This document shows, in pieces, positions 28,380 through 42,009 of a stretch of 64,000 nt of DNA. The first letter of the stretch is position 1, and every line of letters starts with the position of its first letter. Under the pieces are notes generated by a model. The model was not told the origin of the DNA. It searched no databases and was given only the letters and a program-made list of their open reading frames with translations. The position numbers and the translations under genes were made by a program. Location of the stretch: contig OX597816.1 of NCBI GenBank assembly GCA_951406725.2, forward strand, positions 154,690,001 to 154,754,000, written 5' to 3'. This DNA is from Octopus vulgaris (lineage: Eukaryota).

Positions 28380-31120
28380 TATACCCACGCCTATTCCCCA
28401 TTTTTTAAGGAGGAGGTAGCCATAACAAGACGCCTACCAAGCATTCCATTAATTTTCCAGCTCAAAGAGATGAGCCCCGTTCTATGTTCTGGTCAAGGCA
28501 ACCTCCAATATCAGCAGCGGGGCCCGACAGCATATGCTGCTTTACCCCCACCGCATCATGCTGGTTCCGTACCCCTTTGAGCAACAGCAAATTCACTCAT
28601 CCCTCCACAGACACTCTCCAAGCTTTCTTATCATTTATAAACTCTCTTGCCTCTCTCACTCCAACACCTCCAACAACCAAAGCTTTCCTAACTCCATCCA
28701 TCCACACAGACCGAGGTCTGCCTCTGGCTCTGCTGCCTACCACTTCTGCCTTCATCACCCTCCTTACCATCCGCTCCTCAGACATCCTTTCCATGTGACC
28801 AAACCATCTCAACATTCGTATTTCCATTTTAGTTGTTAGTTTCTCTCTCATTCCTGCTCCCTTTCGCACCTCCTCATTCTTAATCCTGTCTATCCGTGTT
28901 ACACCAACAATAACTCTCAGACATCTCATCTCAAACACATCTAGTCACCTCCTTTCCGTCTCTTTCAACCCCCACGTCTCTGCACCATATAACATTGTCG
29001 GCACAATCACGCCCTCATACACAGCCTCTTTTAGCTTTCATACTCAACCTTTTACCTCTTAGCATACCTTTCAACAACTCCAAGTATCTTACTCTCCTCC
29101 CTCACTCTGTATCCCACTTCCTCAGCCAACCCGTCATCTGCCATCACGTGATCCCAAATACTTAAAAACACTCACCTCCACTAACTCTCACGATTTATAC
29201 TCACATCCATCCTACTAGCCATTCCATCTCTCGAACATGCCATCACTTCACTCATAGCTACAGTCACTTCCAGTTTCTTCCTCTCACACACGTTTCCAAA
29301 CTCTACCACTAGTCTGCTCAGTTGCTCTTCCAAATCCGTCACCAGTGCTGTATCATCAGAAATCAACAACTGACTCACCTGCCATTTCTCCATTTTCTTC
29401 CACCATTTGGGCTTCCCTACCAAAAGCTCTAGCATTTCCTTCTCTCATCACACCATCAATATATAAATTAAACAGCTACGGAGACATCGCACAACCCTGA
29501 CTTAACCCCACCTTCACATCAAACCACTCACTTCACCACCCACCCTTACGCACGCCCTACTTTATTAAAATTCTGAACAGCTCTCAATAATCTACCATCT
29601 CCATACAACTGCAATACATTCCACACTGCATCCTTATCCACACGGTCATATGCCTTCTCTAGGCCCATAGAGACCCGATCTACCTCCCTCCCTTTTACCA
29701 AAAACTTCTCGTACATCTGCCTTGCTACAAATATTTGATCTGCACATCCCATTCCAATCCTAAAACCACATTGCTCCTCCCCTAGTACACTCTCTGTCTC
29801 ATTCCTCACCCTTACAATCAGAATTCTCTCATACAGTTTACCAACCACACACAACAGACTTATACTCCTAAATTTTTCACACACACATTTATCCCCTTTC
29901 CCCTTGTACAGTGGCACTATACAAGCACTGCACCGGTCCTTTGGTACTCTTCCAGCCATATAACTAACATTCATAAGCCTTACTACCCATTCAATCACTG
30001 TCACTCCTCCTTTCTTTAGGCATTTCACTGTGCATCCATCTATTCCTGGCGCCTTCCGGTTTGCCATCTTCCGCAAGAATTCCCTCGCCTCCTCCCTACC
30101 AGTTGCACCGTAGTTCCATTCCCCAACAACAAGCATTCTCCTCTCTCCTCCTACGGCCATTATACTTGCCTCCCTAACATCCTCCACATTTAACAGCTCG
30201 CTAAAATACTCTGCCCATCTTTGTACATCCTCACTTCCTTTTAACAAATTTCCATTTACATCCTTCACCCTTTCTTTCCTTCCTCCAACCACCTTTCTTA
30301 CCCTCTGTACCTCTTTCCAAAACATCTTTTTATTTCTTACAAAATTTCCACTAAACTTTTTCACTAACCTTTCACTCGCCTCCCATTTCGCCACCCTCAC
30401 CACGTAAGCCTCTCTATCCCTTTTCTGCAACCACTCTTCAAAGCCCCTTTTTCTTACCTGCTCATTCCACCACTCATTACCTCTTCTCACACCCATTCCA
30501 ACCACTTATGTACCACATACCTCAAAGGCACATCTCATTACTGTCTCTCTAAAATCCTTCCACTCCTCCTCCACATCTATCTCTCATTTCTTAACCTGTT
30601 CATATTCACCTCTCAGTTTCTCTATATACTCCTATTCCTTCCCTCTCCTATCCAGTTCACTCACCTTCACAACCTTCTCCCTGTCATTAGTCTAGTATTC
30701 CATTTTGAGCACACCTTCAACTTACCCTGTACTAAGAAGTGATTTGACTCTCCTCCACCTTTACCTCTCATTACATGCACATCCACCAACCTTCCTACCA
30801 CTTTCTTATCAATTAATGCATGATCCATTAAGGCCTTATCCACTACTGTTCCTCCTTCTACCTTCCACCTCGTAAATTTATTCTTCTCTCACTTTTTTAA
30901 AAGGACTATTCCCCACCACCAACTTCTGCTCCATAAAATTCCCAACAACCTCTTTCCACTCTCATTCCGACCAGGAACTCCATATTTTCCTACTACATTT
31001 TCTGCTCCCTCATTTCCCACTCACGCTTTCAAATCACCCAACACCACCATATTCCCAGTCCCGTCGCTCCCACCCCTTTTAGTCGCCTCTTACGCCTCGC
31101 AGGGAATACGGCGACTGCAT
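28380..31120 (-). mobile_element. RTE-clade LINE, decayed
   Basis: KAPGIDG, IVPLYKGKGD, EEQCGFR, KAYDRV, SDD, LRWFGHMERM, RGRPR..W. Confidence 0.93.
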
Positions 31121-31734
31121 TCTATCGACCTCCTCAGTCGCAATAGAGTGGTTTGCTAGTTAACCCATAGCTAGGAGCCTTATAGTTACTACCACTCCGG
31201 GCCAGAGAATAGACCCGAGAAAAATAGTGGCTTAAAAGATGGTTCCACATTCCTCAAACCCTGAAACCAGGGCCCCAGGTTCCCACTAGCGGATGTAGTT
31301 TATAGTCATACCCAGGACTAAATTAAACAAAAATTAAACCAAATATTTATGACGGAATCGATTGTAAAAGCAAAGTATAAGAGAGTTATTGTAGCCGTGT
31401 ATTATAAAACTTGCGAGTATTTGACATTGTCTTGCTCGCTTACGTTCTGGCATTTGCTGAATTTTCTTGAGAACAATCATTTCATAGTGGTCAGACCATA
31501 TGGAGTCTTCTTATATGCATGTAATATCATTTTTCTGAAGCTTCAGATTTTTTCAATATGCTAGGCCACTGGTTTAAATTGATATTAATCAAATTAATAT
31601 TCAATTTTTTACCCTTATTATTTAAATTTATATATATATATACACACTCACATTTAAATATATGCATGTGCACATGTATATATATATATATATTTATATA
31701 TATACATATATATGTAAACATATATTTATATATG

Positions 31735-31804
<70 letters not shown>

Positions 31805-31878
31805 CACACATATATATATATATATCTATTCATATATACGTATGTATAACATATATGTATGCATAATATGTATATATG

Positions 31879-32084
31879 TACGAGGAAGTGTTGAAACGTT
31901 CCTGGCTTTGGGTAAAAGAAATTAAAGGAGAATCATTATGATTTTATTCAACATATTCTCTCTCAGATTCACACATTGCAGCAGTCCTTCAGCTTTTCTA
32001 AGCCCTGTAAAGCACTTAGAAGGTTGGGCCTCCAACCAGACCTTTCGTAACACCCTTAAAGCCAAGACCTTTTCAGCACTTCCT

Positions 32085-32088
<4 letters not shown>
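31879..32088. mobile_element. Mariner-type MITE
   Basis: Same TIR family as 930-1149. Confidence 0.65.
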
Positions 32089-32155
<67 letters not shown>

Positions 32156-32269
32156 GTCTGTCTGTCTGTCTATCTCTCTGTCTCTGTGTGTCTGTCTGTC
32201 TATCTGTCTATCTGTTTGTCTATCTGTGTGTGCGTCTGTCTGTCTAACTGTCTGTCTATCTATCGACAT

Positions 32270-32430
32270 GACGGTCTTCCACACGATATCCGATTATCTA
32301 ATTTACTCAAAAGGTATTGATCGGCCTTGGGCTGTAATAGTAGACATTTGGTCACGGTGTCGCGTAGTGAGACTGGACCTATAACCACGTCGTTACAAAG
32401 CGAACTTCTTCACGCAACCATACTTGCGCC
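32270..32430 (-). mobile_element. Old SINE head fragment (1405 family)
   Basis: Degenerate match to 1680-1833. Confidence 0.55.
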
Positions 32431-33238
32431 TACCTACAAATATGTAAATTATCTTGACCACTACGTGATAGCTTAATTGCCATCTGCTATATATAGATAT
32501 ATATAGCAACTGGAGACTCTAAGCTATCGGTTGAGTATGTCTTCATTGAGAAGTGAGCAACAATCGTAAACTGAACTGTCAGGAGACTCCCTGCTTCTTT
32601 TTTCTGCACATCGAAATCTTAGAAAGAATGTGTTTGCATTTTTATATTGTCCATTATTTTGATTAACGACTTTCTAATATTTTGATTTATCATGTTTTTG
32701 TTTCTAATCCTCATGTCAGCTGTCTGTGATGCAAAAAAAGTAGAATAATAATTTCAACTTGGAATTAAAATCATACAGATGGTAACTCACCTGTCTTTCT
32801 AAGTCTCTTGCTACATCGCTTGGACCGACGTATACCGAGGTGTATAGTAATTAATGATTGCAGTTTGACACAAGTGTTTAGAATGTTTAGAGATCATTAC
32901 AGCTTTAGGCGATCTGTAAACTCAAGTTTCAAGATATTATCTGATTAATTGCAGTTTCATGATTTTGGCAACGGATAAATCATAATAACTGCCGAAGGGA
33001 GGAAACAATATTCTTGATATAACTGTTGTGTGTTATGGATTTAGAGAGAACATCTCTCTCTGCCTCTCTCTGTCTCTTTCTGTCTCTCTCTGTCTCTCTC
33101 TTTCACACACACATGTATGTATATGTATGTTGTGTATATATATATATATATCTTTATACATATATATGTATATATATGTATGTACATATATGGTATACAT
33201 AATGTATGTGTATATATGTATATATATGTATGTATGCA

Positions 33239-33281
<43 letters not shown>

Positions 33282-33384
33282 GTATATATAAATATATATG
33301 TATATATATGTATGTATATATAAGTATGTATATATAAATATACATATATACATATGTATATATATATATGTGTATATATATGTC

Positions 33385-34050
33385 TCTTCTCTTTTTTAAT
33401 CATTATAAATCTTCCACTGAAGAGGGAACTGGTTTCCAAGAAAGATACAAGGCTACATCTTTGGGATGTAGTTAACACAGTCAAACTCACATTTGGAACT
33501 TGAGAAAAGTCTTACATATTTTTACTGTTCCACTCACAGAGTGGACTTGTAATGTGCAAATCAGCCGGTCAATTTCTCTTTCTGAAAATCCCAGTTTATC
33601 CAGATTCTCCTTTAAGCATTTACTAATAAAACCTAGTGCTCCAATTTTTATTGTTATGAATATGAATTCATTGTCTGAATATAGAAGCTGGAGGTTTCGA
33701 AGCAGTTGTCCATAGATATCCTCTTTTTCTTTGATTTTCAAAGAGATATTTCTATCTGCAGGGCAGCTAACCTCTATGATGATATATACATTTGTCTCTC
33801 TGTCTCATACAACAATATATGGCCTATTATGCTTACATTTGACGAAGGTTTTGATGGGAATATTCCACTAGTATTCCTTGAGTTGGTGTTTATGAAAGCA
33901 TTCCACAGCAGGGGGATTTTCTAAGTTTATATCAGGACAGACCTTTTTGGCATTGTAAATTGTTTCAACATCGTACCGCACAGGGAGGTAGTACCGTGAC
34001 GACATTTTAGGACAGCAGCTAATCACATGCGCAATGTATTCCACAGATTT
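33385..34050 (-). mobile_element. R4/Dong-like RLE LINE 3' end
   Basis: CCPKMSSRYYLP, KHNRP, EVSCP-like, IGALG, KICKTFL; same family as 51085-52930. Confidence 0.8.
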
Positions 34051-34145
34051 TAATATGCTAGACCACTGTTTTTAAATTGATATTAATCAAATTAATATTC
34101 AATTTTTCACTCCCATTTTAAATTATATATATATATATATATATA

Positions 34146-35073
34146 CTAGCATTATGACCCATCGTTGCCGGGTCATAGTGCTAGTGCATGTATATATGTG
34201 CATATATATATATGTACATATTACATGTACATCTATATATATACATCTACACATAAAATACAAAATACAAAGTTATACTTGATATCGCTAGTGATAACAA
34301 TACTCAAAATATATAACAGACTGGAATTGTTAGCCCGTCTCTTGTAATTTCGATCAATTGTATCTTGTCCTCCCTCTTGTATAGAAGTGTGGCTACAATC
34401 CAGCCTACCTCTACCTCCCTTGCACGCTCCGTTGACTCGAACCTTGCTTCTATTGTGGCGAATTTACCGCCTCTGGTTAGATATCTTTCATAGTCGAACC
34501 AAGACACTTTTCGAAGGTGCTTTCCTCCAGATGTTCAAATCTTCTTTTTTCTCTATATTGTATACTTTATATACAATAGTCTTTTCTTTTCTTTAATTTT
34601 TTATTATCCATCTGGACTATTCCATTTCTGCACACTAATTTTATTTTTGATTTATTCCCATTCATGTGAAACCACTTATTCAAGTTCAAGTCATTGATGC
34701 AATTTTATACCAATTGCTAGTTTTACTTTTGTTATGTTACGATTTAATTATTATATAATACTTTAGTTTGGTTTTAATTATTACTTACTACATATAACTC
34801 AATTGTTATTATTATCTCTAATTTTTATTGTTAAAGTGAAATATCTGACATAAAATAGAGAAATGCTTTTGTTTCATTTTTAACACGTAATACTGAAATA
34901 GTGGAGAAGATACGATATTGCTATGGGTTCGCCCTAGGCAAGAAGTTGAACATTTTTTTGCCCACGAAACTACATGGACCCTAAGTAAAGCACGTGTAAA
35001 ATTTGAATGAAATTGGTTGTGTAGTTCTCAAGTTTTAAGGAAATACACAGACAGACAGACACACATTCTCAGT

Positions 35074-35075
<2 letters not shown>
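34146..35075 (-). mobile_element. Non-autonomous Helitron containing an ORF1-like fragment
   Basis: CTAG end with hairpin actagcattatgaccc/gggtcatagtgctagt; (GACA)n at the other end. Confidence 0.65.
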
Positions 35076-35122
<47 letters not shown>

Positions 35123-35849
35123 ATATGTATGCATGTTTATACACGTATGTATGTATATATATATGTATGAATATATATGTACACACACACACACACATAT
35201 ATTTATACACACATACATGTATATATATGTGTGCTTGTGTGTGTATATGTGTGTATTAGTAGGTCCTGGCAAAATTTCTGGTATGAAGAAATAAGTTTTG
35301 ATATGAATATAAAAACTAATTATCTACTAGACATCTGCAAGTAATAAAGTTCATTAATTTATATTAGATATGATAAATAAATTATGAAATATTGTTATTT
35401 CGTTTGCTGTTTGACATATAAAATATTGCAAGTTACATTAATATTCTGCAGATATACGGAATGGCTATCAGATAAAATGGGTTCAAGTCATTGTTATATG
35501 TAAGGATGGACTCACTTTCAGTCACTATCAACTGAGCTGAATGTACTTAAGGTCAACTGACTAGTCTGTATTGATCTCATTCGAGGGGCTGATACACATT
35601 AATTGGTTGATACAGAAAACCTCGTGCCATAAATCTCGAACCTGATTGTATGAATTAACATCATCGTGTTCCATTTTTAGCGCAATCGTGCAGTCTCATT
35701 CGAGCCCTGTTGTGCCAACAATAACATGCTGCTCTAAGACAATGAGACATCGTTTGCAAAACGAAACTTCACTCAAGTTGCAAGATATTCAGTAAAGAAA
35801 ATAATGTTATCACAGAAAAAAGCACCTAAGATCATCTGTGATTTGTAGG

Positions 35850-36330
35850 GATAACAAAATTGAACTGAAGAGGATTGACATAAAATCAAATTTATTAATT
35901 GAGCATTAATTCAGCAATTTGGATCGAAGACTTCTTTTGCTGATCGTTCATCAAACTCAGGATACAATTTCGAGTATAAATCATTTAAGTCAAGCAATGC
36001 CCATGTTATGGCGGAGTGCAGTTCTGTTGAGGAAGAACAGCTATTTTGATGATAAAACCATAAAATCTAAAAGTTACTTGGATATTCTATAGCAGCTGTC
36101 CACTCATAGAATTGCAATATGTTCCATCAGGATGGTGCATACACCATTCTGTAAAATACACCTAAAACTAGCTGAAAGCTAATGCTTTTAATCTATTTAG
36201 TAAGTAGCCAGGATTATCTCATCGACTGAATCCTGTAGGAAATCCATGTGAGCATATGAAACAGAAAATTCCATCATCAACTCCGATTTAAACAAAATGA
36301 TACTGGTAGCTGAATAACCCCTGATAACTG
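35850..36330 (+). mobile_element. Highly decayed Tc1 transposase
   Basis: FHQDGAYT and *PGLSHRLNPVGNP resemble QDNA..H and WPxxSPDLNPIEN. Confidence 0.5.
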
Positions 36331-36369
36331 CGCTGCTGCTGTATTGGAGGCAAATATATATATATATAT

Positions 36370-37530
36370 AACGGGAAGCTTTATGAAAATAGACAAAAGA
36401 CGAAGGCAGGTGGGAAACAAACAAACAATTGTATTAGTATGGCGCTCAGGAAATATAAATAAAACAAGTCTTTAACGTTTCGAGCCTACGCTCTTCAACA
36501 GAAAGATACACAGAGAGAAAAAAAACACAGAAAGAAGGAGAGAAAAAAAAATGCGTGCAGTAACTAACGAATCAACATGGCGATCTGATTTCGGCCAGAG
36601 GTCAAAGATCAAACATGAGACGCGAGAGCGAAATAAGGGGAGATAATAGGGTTGATAATAGGGTTGAATGACCAGCTATTAGTGCGTAGGAGAGGTCTGG
36701 ACGTGTGTATGTATAGGGTTGGTGTATGTATTAGTATGTATTAGTATGTATAAGGGTGTGTGTGTGTGTGTGTGTGTATGAGAGAGTATTAGTGCGTATG
36801 ATAGGTCTGGACGTGCGTATGTATGGGGTTGGTGTATGTATTAGTATGTATTAGTATGTATTAGTACGTATTAGTATGTATAAGTGTGTGTGTGTGTATG
36901 AGAGAGTATAAGTGCGTATGAGAGGTCTGGACGTGTGTATGTATAGGGTTGGTGTATGTATTAGTACGTATTAGTATGTATTAGTTGGTGTATGTATTAG
37001 TATGGCACATCATATATGATGTGATGTGTAAAGTCGTGTGGTGTAGTGTGGAGAGAGGAGAAGAGGGGAGGAGAGGGGGGAATAGGAGTGGAGGGGGCGG
37101 GGAGGGGGAGGAGAGGAGATGGAGAGGGGGAGAGAGAGGAGGGGGAGAAGGAAGGGGAGGAGGAGGGGAAGAAGGAAGGGGAGGAGGAGGGGAAGGAAGG
37201 AAGGAGGAAAGAGGGAGAGGGGGAGAGAGAAGGGGAGTGAGGGAGCAGAGGGAAGGGGAAGAGGGAAGGAGGGAGGGAGAAAGAGGGAAGAAGGGAAGGG
37301 GAGTAGGGGTGAAAGGATGAAGGACTGAAGAAGTAGGGGTCGGGGGCGAAGGATAGGTGAGGAGGGGGGAGAGGGGGTTAGATGAGGAGGGGGGGAGAGT
37401 TGAGACCAAATGGCGTATAAGAGCGAAGAGAGAAGATTAATTCCTGTTCACGGCGCAAATGGGAATCCGGATGGCCTCTGTGTAAGGACAAACCGAACAC
37501 AGATAGGTGTTGCAAGGAGTGACCGGTGGA
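36370..37530 (-). mobile_element. 5'-truncated Penelope-like element (GIY-YIG C-terminus plus 3'UTR)
   Basis: GHSLQHLSVFGL...RREQELIFSLRSYTPFGLN; hammerhead-like motif near 36467-36507. Confidence 0.85.
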
Positions 37531-37803
37531 GATATATATATATATACGAAGTTCTAAGCAATAGAACATCTATATTTTTATTGTTGTAAATTGTTCTAAG
37601 ATGATCTGCTTAATTCATTATAAGAATTATTTTATAAAAATTATAAAAATATGCTTCATCATCAGCTGTAGTATGGAACTTTACTTTTATCTCTGTATTC
37701 AAATTCTTGACCAGGACTATATATATATATATATAATAGTGCGTGTATTTATATTATATTATAGTGTGTATATATATTATATATATGTGTATATTATACG
37801 TAA

Positions 37804-37880
<77 letters not shown>

Positions 37881-37917
37881 ATAATAATAATAATAAATAA
37901 TAATAAATATATATATA

Positions 37918-37975
37918 TGAATGGCGGTGCCCCACCATGCCCACAGCTCGTGAGTTGAAACTGGATGAAAATGAA
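37918..37975 (+). mobile_element. Isolated LINE 3' tip
   Basis: ATGGCGGTGCCCCACCATGCCCACAGCTC..GAAAC matches 24250-24292. Confidence 0.7.
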
Positions 37976-37979
37976 TATA

Positions 37980-38250
37980 TATATATATAAAATACAAAAA
38001 ATGGGACAAAAACGCAAAACATCCAAACAGATAGGTGGTAAAAAAAAGGGACAACAAAACATCTAGACAGACAATACAAAGAAAACAAGGACGGGTCATT
38101 CGGAGTTTTCTTTCCTCAGTCGAGTTCCAACTAGGAATGACTCGTCCTTGTTTTCCTTGTATTGGCTGTCTGGATGTTTTGTTGTCCCGTTTTTGTATCA
38201 CCTGTCTGGATGTTTTGCGTTCTTGTCCCATTTTTGTATTTTTTATATAT
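37980..38250. mobile_element. Fold-back copy of the 62430-family 3' end
   Basis: ~115-bp inverted arms; tgttttgcgttcttgtccc shared with 62909-62927; loop holds CUGAGGA on the minus strand. Confidence 0.7.
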
Positions 38251-38333
38251 AAAAATATAGCGGCCGTACGTACACTCTGGCCTCTCTCTGTCTCTGTCTG
38301 TCTCTCTCTATATATGAATTTATCTGTAATATA

Positions 38334-38597
38334 ATATGTGACAATTATTCGGTTGCCATAATAAAACTTCGAGTTTCAGATGTTTGGGCGAAACCTGCAC
38401 TGGCATCTCTACAGTTATCAAGACAATCAAAATATGCATATTTTGATTGCCTCGATAACTGAAGAGATGCTGGTGCAGGTTTCCGCCCCGACATCTGAAA
38501 CTCGGAGTTTTATTATGGCAGCCGAATAATTGTTACAGATAAATTCCTCTATTTACATAATATCGAGGCCTCTATCATTCTTTTGTTGTCTTACCAT

Positions 38598-38600
<3 letters not shown>
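38334..38600 (+). mobile_element. Fold-back PLE-like terminus with hammerhead-like motif
   Basis: Palindrome centred at 38436/38437; auaa-CUGAAGA-GAUG...CAUCu-GAAA-cuc g gag-UU-uuau. Confidence 0.65.
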
Positions 38601-38645
<45 letters not shown>

Positions 38646-39137
38646 ATCTTTAAAATTTGTTTATGGTAACGTCTTGAATATGCAAATAAAACTCTTATTC
38701 CGTTATGCCGGCCACCGTCTAATGATGCTGAATAGCGAGCCAAAAGAATGTTCTAGCCGTCCTTAACATCTGCTGAATAAAGATTTATCTAACACTATCA
38801 CACACACCTCCAGCCCCATATAACTACCATGTTTTCCTCTGTTCTCATCACCTTCTACTCCTCCCCACTAAATTCACATAGAAATGCCCACATAACTCGC
38901 TTGACCTTCATACTGGTAAAAAGAGAAAAAATCCCTCTGTGATTCAGCCACTTAAGTTATAACGCCTGAAGAAATGAATCAATGATGATGATCAACCGGA
39001 TGCCCACAGACACTACGGACTATAATGTAACCATCCCAGGATTACGGACTGTTATCTTAAAAGTCATATGATTGTAGAAATGCGCGTAGCGATGCACTAA
39101 TATTTATAAATTGTATCCTGGGATTTGATATATATAT

Positions 39138-39215
<78 letters not shown>

Positions 39216-39254
39216 TAGACAAAATGAGATAAAACCAAGAATGTGAGGAGTGCC

Positions 39255-39356
39255 CAACTGACCCTACTATATTGTGTAGTCGACAAAATCAAAAACAATG
39301 CGCATGCGTGAAATCAAAAATATAAACTGGCGTCAGTTTACCCATCGCACCCTGTA
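39255..39356 (-). mobile_element. Tc1/mariner end fragment
   Basis: Homologous to 15650-15748; ends CACCCTGTA. Confidence 0.7.
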
Positions 39357-39540
39357 CACTATAATGTAAACTATTACTGCTACTTTGTTTCATTAATTCC
39401 GAAGAGATAACGTTGACAACGGTGAAATTTTATTTCCAAAGAGATGATGAGACTATTTCTTCTAATATGCCGCATCAACGAAATGGAAATTGTGGAGCGG
39501 TTATTAATAGCCATGCTTAAAAGGAGAGAGCGAGCGAGAG

Positions 39541-39601
<61 letters not shown>

Positions 39602-42009
39602 AGGATATGCATCAAATATGCCTTGAAAACGGATGATAGTCTTAACATTAGTATTCAATATCGGCACGAGGTTTCACATTTTTGGAGAGAGTATCATCAA
39701 TTAATATCGACCTCATCTTACAAATAATACTTAGTTTATCATCACCCGCGTAAATGAATGTTGCAAGGCATTTTGTCCAACACTCTATCAACTTTGTCAC
39801 TCTAAAAAAAGACTGGATATTCTCTTTCACCTGTACGTAACGGAGGAAATGAAACAATCTCCTGGTATGTCGAGAGCATGACACAATTTCCTTTCATGGT
39901 AGATAACGATAAAATCATTTACATTACAAATGTTCTTGGAAAGACACGTGAACACCATGGTGACAGCATTTTTACTTCTAAAACAGGAGGTTTTGGAACT
40001 ATCCAAAACAAACCATTACTCAGATGACGTTGATTTTAAACTGTTACAGTACTGAATCTGCTAGTAATAAATTCCTTCACCTCATCTCAATAGTGAGCGC
40101 CATAGAAAAGAAGTAAGCTCCTTGAAAATCCAGTCTACGATGCAGTTTCGATTTCCAACTTGCGTCGTTAATGCCTCATAACAAGTGTCTATCCCACCGT
40201 GAAACAGACTGAGAGAGACTCTTTGCAGTTATTCAACCTGATGGTTATAGCAACCAGATTCTCTTAAATCCACTGTATTTAAACGGGAATAACGCAGTGG
40301 GTGAGATGATCCAGCTTGGCATATGCTTGATCAGAGGTCTGCTTAGTCAGGGCTGACCTGGTGCTAAATGGAAACAACATCAGAAATACTTTTCTATTTA
40401 TGATATAAATTTCTTGATTGCTTGAAGTTTTATTAAAAGCAACCCTTTCCCTTAGCCAGTGGTAGATAATTGAAATGATTAGCAACAATGGGGAGTCGAA
40501 GAGAAATGACATTCACTTCTTTTAAATGATTTGTAACGTTGTATTATGTCAAAATCAGTTAAAAAGTGCTTTTTTATTATTTGATTCAAATTTTCTATAT
40601 TTTACACTGGTGGGGATAAGTGGGAGGTTGCGACATTTATAAGTTCTCCAAGATCATTAGCAGATATAAAAGAAAGTGAGGTGACTAAGTTTCAATCTCA
40701 AATTTCAGATAAAACTTGCTATTCTTTGCAATACAGTGTTTTCTATTAAGTTCGTAATTATTTTTTTTACAAAGCTGCATAGATTTAGAATGATGGAGAA
40801 TGGAAATGAGAAGCTATCTTTACCTCTTTAACTAGGATATTTTTGGAATAATTAATATGTAATAGAAACAGCTAAAAATCAAAGCCGCTCACCGAATTAA
40901 AACCTTTGTTTCACGACACAGCGTTCACCAGTAATGTCAAAAAAGGGTTACAGAGATGAGAATATATATTTTCATGGTTTCTTTTAGAGTAATATAACAA
41001 TGTAATTTACGTTGAATTACATTAACTTGAAATATGGTTTGCTTTGGTTTCCTCTGTTGCATAGCAGAGCTCACTGTGATGTCAGCAATTAAAGAAACAA
41101 AGATTTGATTTAAATATTCTTCACTCAAAAATTAATATGAACAACAAGGTTTTGTTCCAAATATTATTCATTCTGAACTCTTTAATTTTTTGACTAATAA
41201 CACTGCTTTAATTAGTTACGAAAATGATTAGAAAGCCTTACAGATAATTCAGAAGAAATATGAACATCACATTAATTCATTTATTTTAAAATACTAAATG
41301 GAACGAAATCGTGTTAAACTTTAAAACACGAAGAAAAAATATTGAAATATAAAACTCATTGAATGGGAATTTATTGCTTTTAATGAAAATATTCAAAATC
41401 TTAATGAAAACAAAATGTCACCGTTATAACACGGATGTTATGATGTTATTAATATCAAAAATTTATTTCTGTAATTAATTAAAATCGAAGTATCTAAATT
41501 AAGAGTGGGCAATAGTTAATGAATTTGAGCGCCTCAATTAAGACAGCTTTGTTTAATTTATTAGAGAGATTGTGTTGATGGGAGAATACAGAGCACCAGG
41601 ATTGATGATTTAAAATATAATCTGTCCCCGCTCCCGTCCCCGAAATATTAGTCTTGTATTTGATTATAGCCGAAGAATGTACTCTGCAACCACTTCACTG
41701 AGAGACAGTTGCCTTGGTTATGAACATAGTAACATCATGCATACGTCGGCCATTGGTTATTGATTTGTCACACAATTACTCTAAATATATACACTAATAC
41801 GCAGATATAGTTCACCAGTAACGTGATGCTTATTAATTTTCCACTCCTCTTATTTTTAGTTTATTTATGAACTCAGTTTCCAGGAGCATTTACTTGCGCG
41901 TTTCACAAGAGTATTCATTTACCGTTTCCATAAATGTGTTTTTGTGCTAATTTATTCGAAGGAGTTCACATATCAAGACTTGTTTTTGTATCTCATATCT
42001 TGCAAACAA

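Noticed and set aside
36677-37000. Repeat-spacer-like array
   Set aside because: Eukaryotic minisatellite with microsatellite linkers; no unique spacers or cas genes, so not CRISPR
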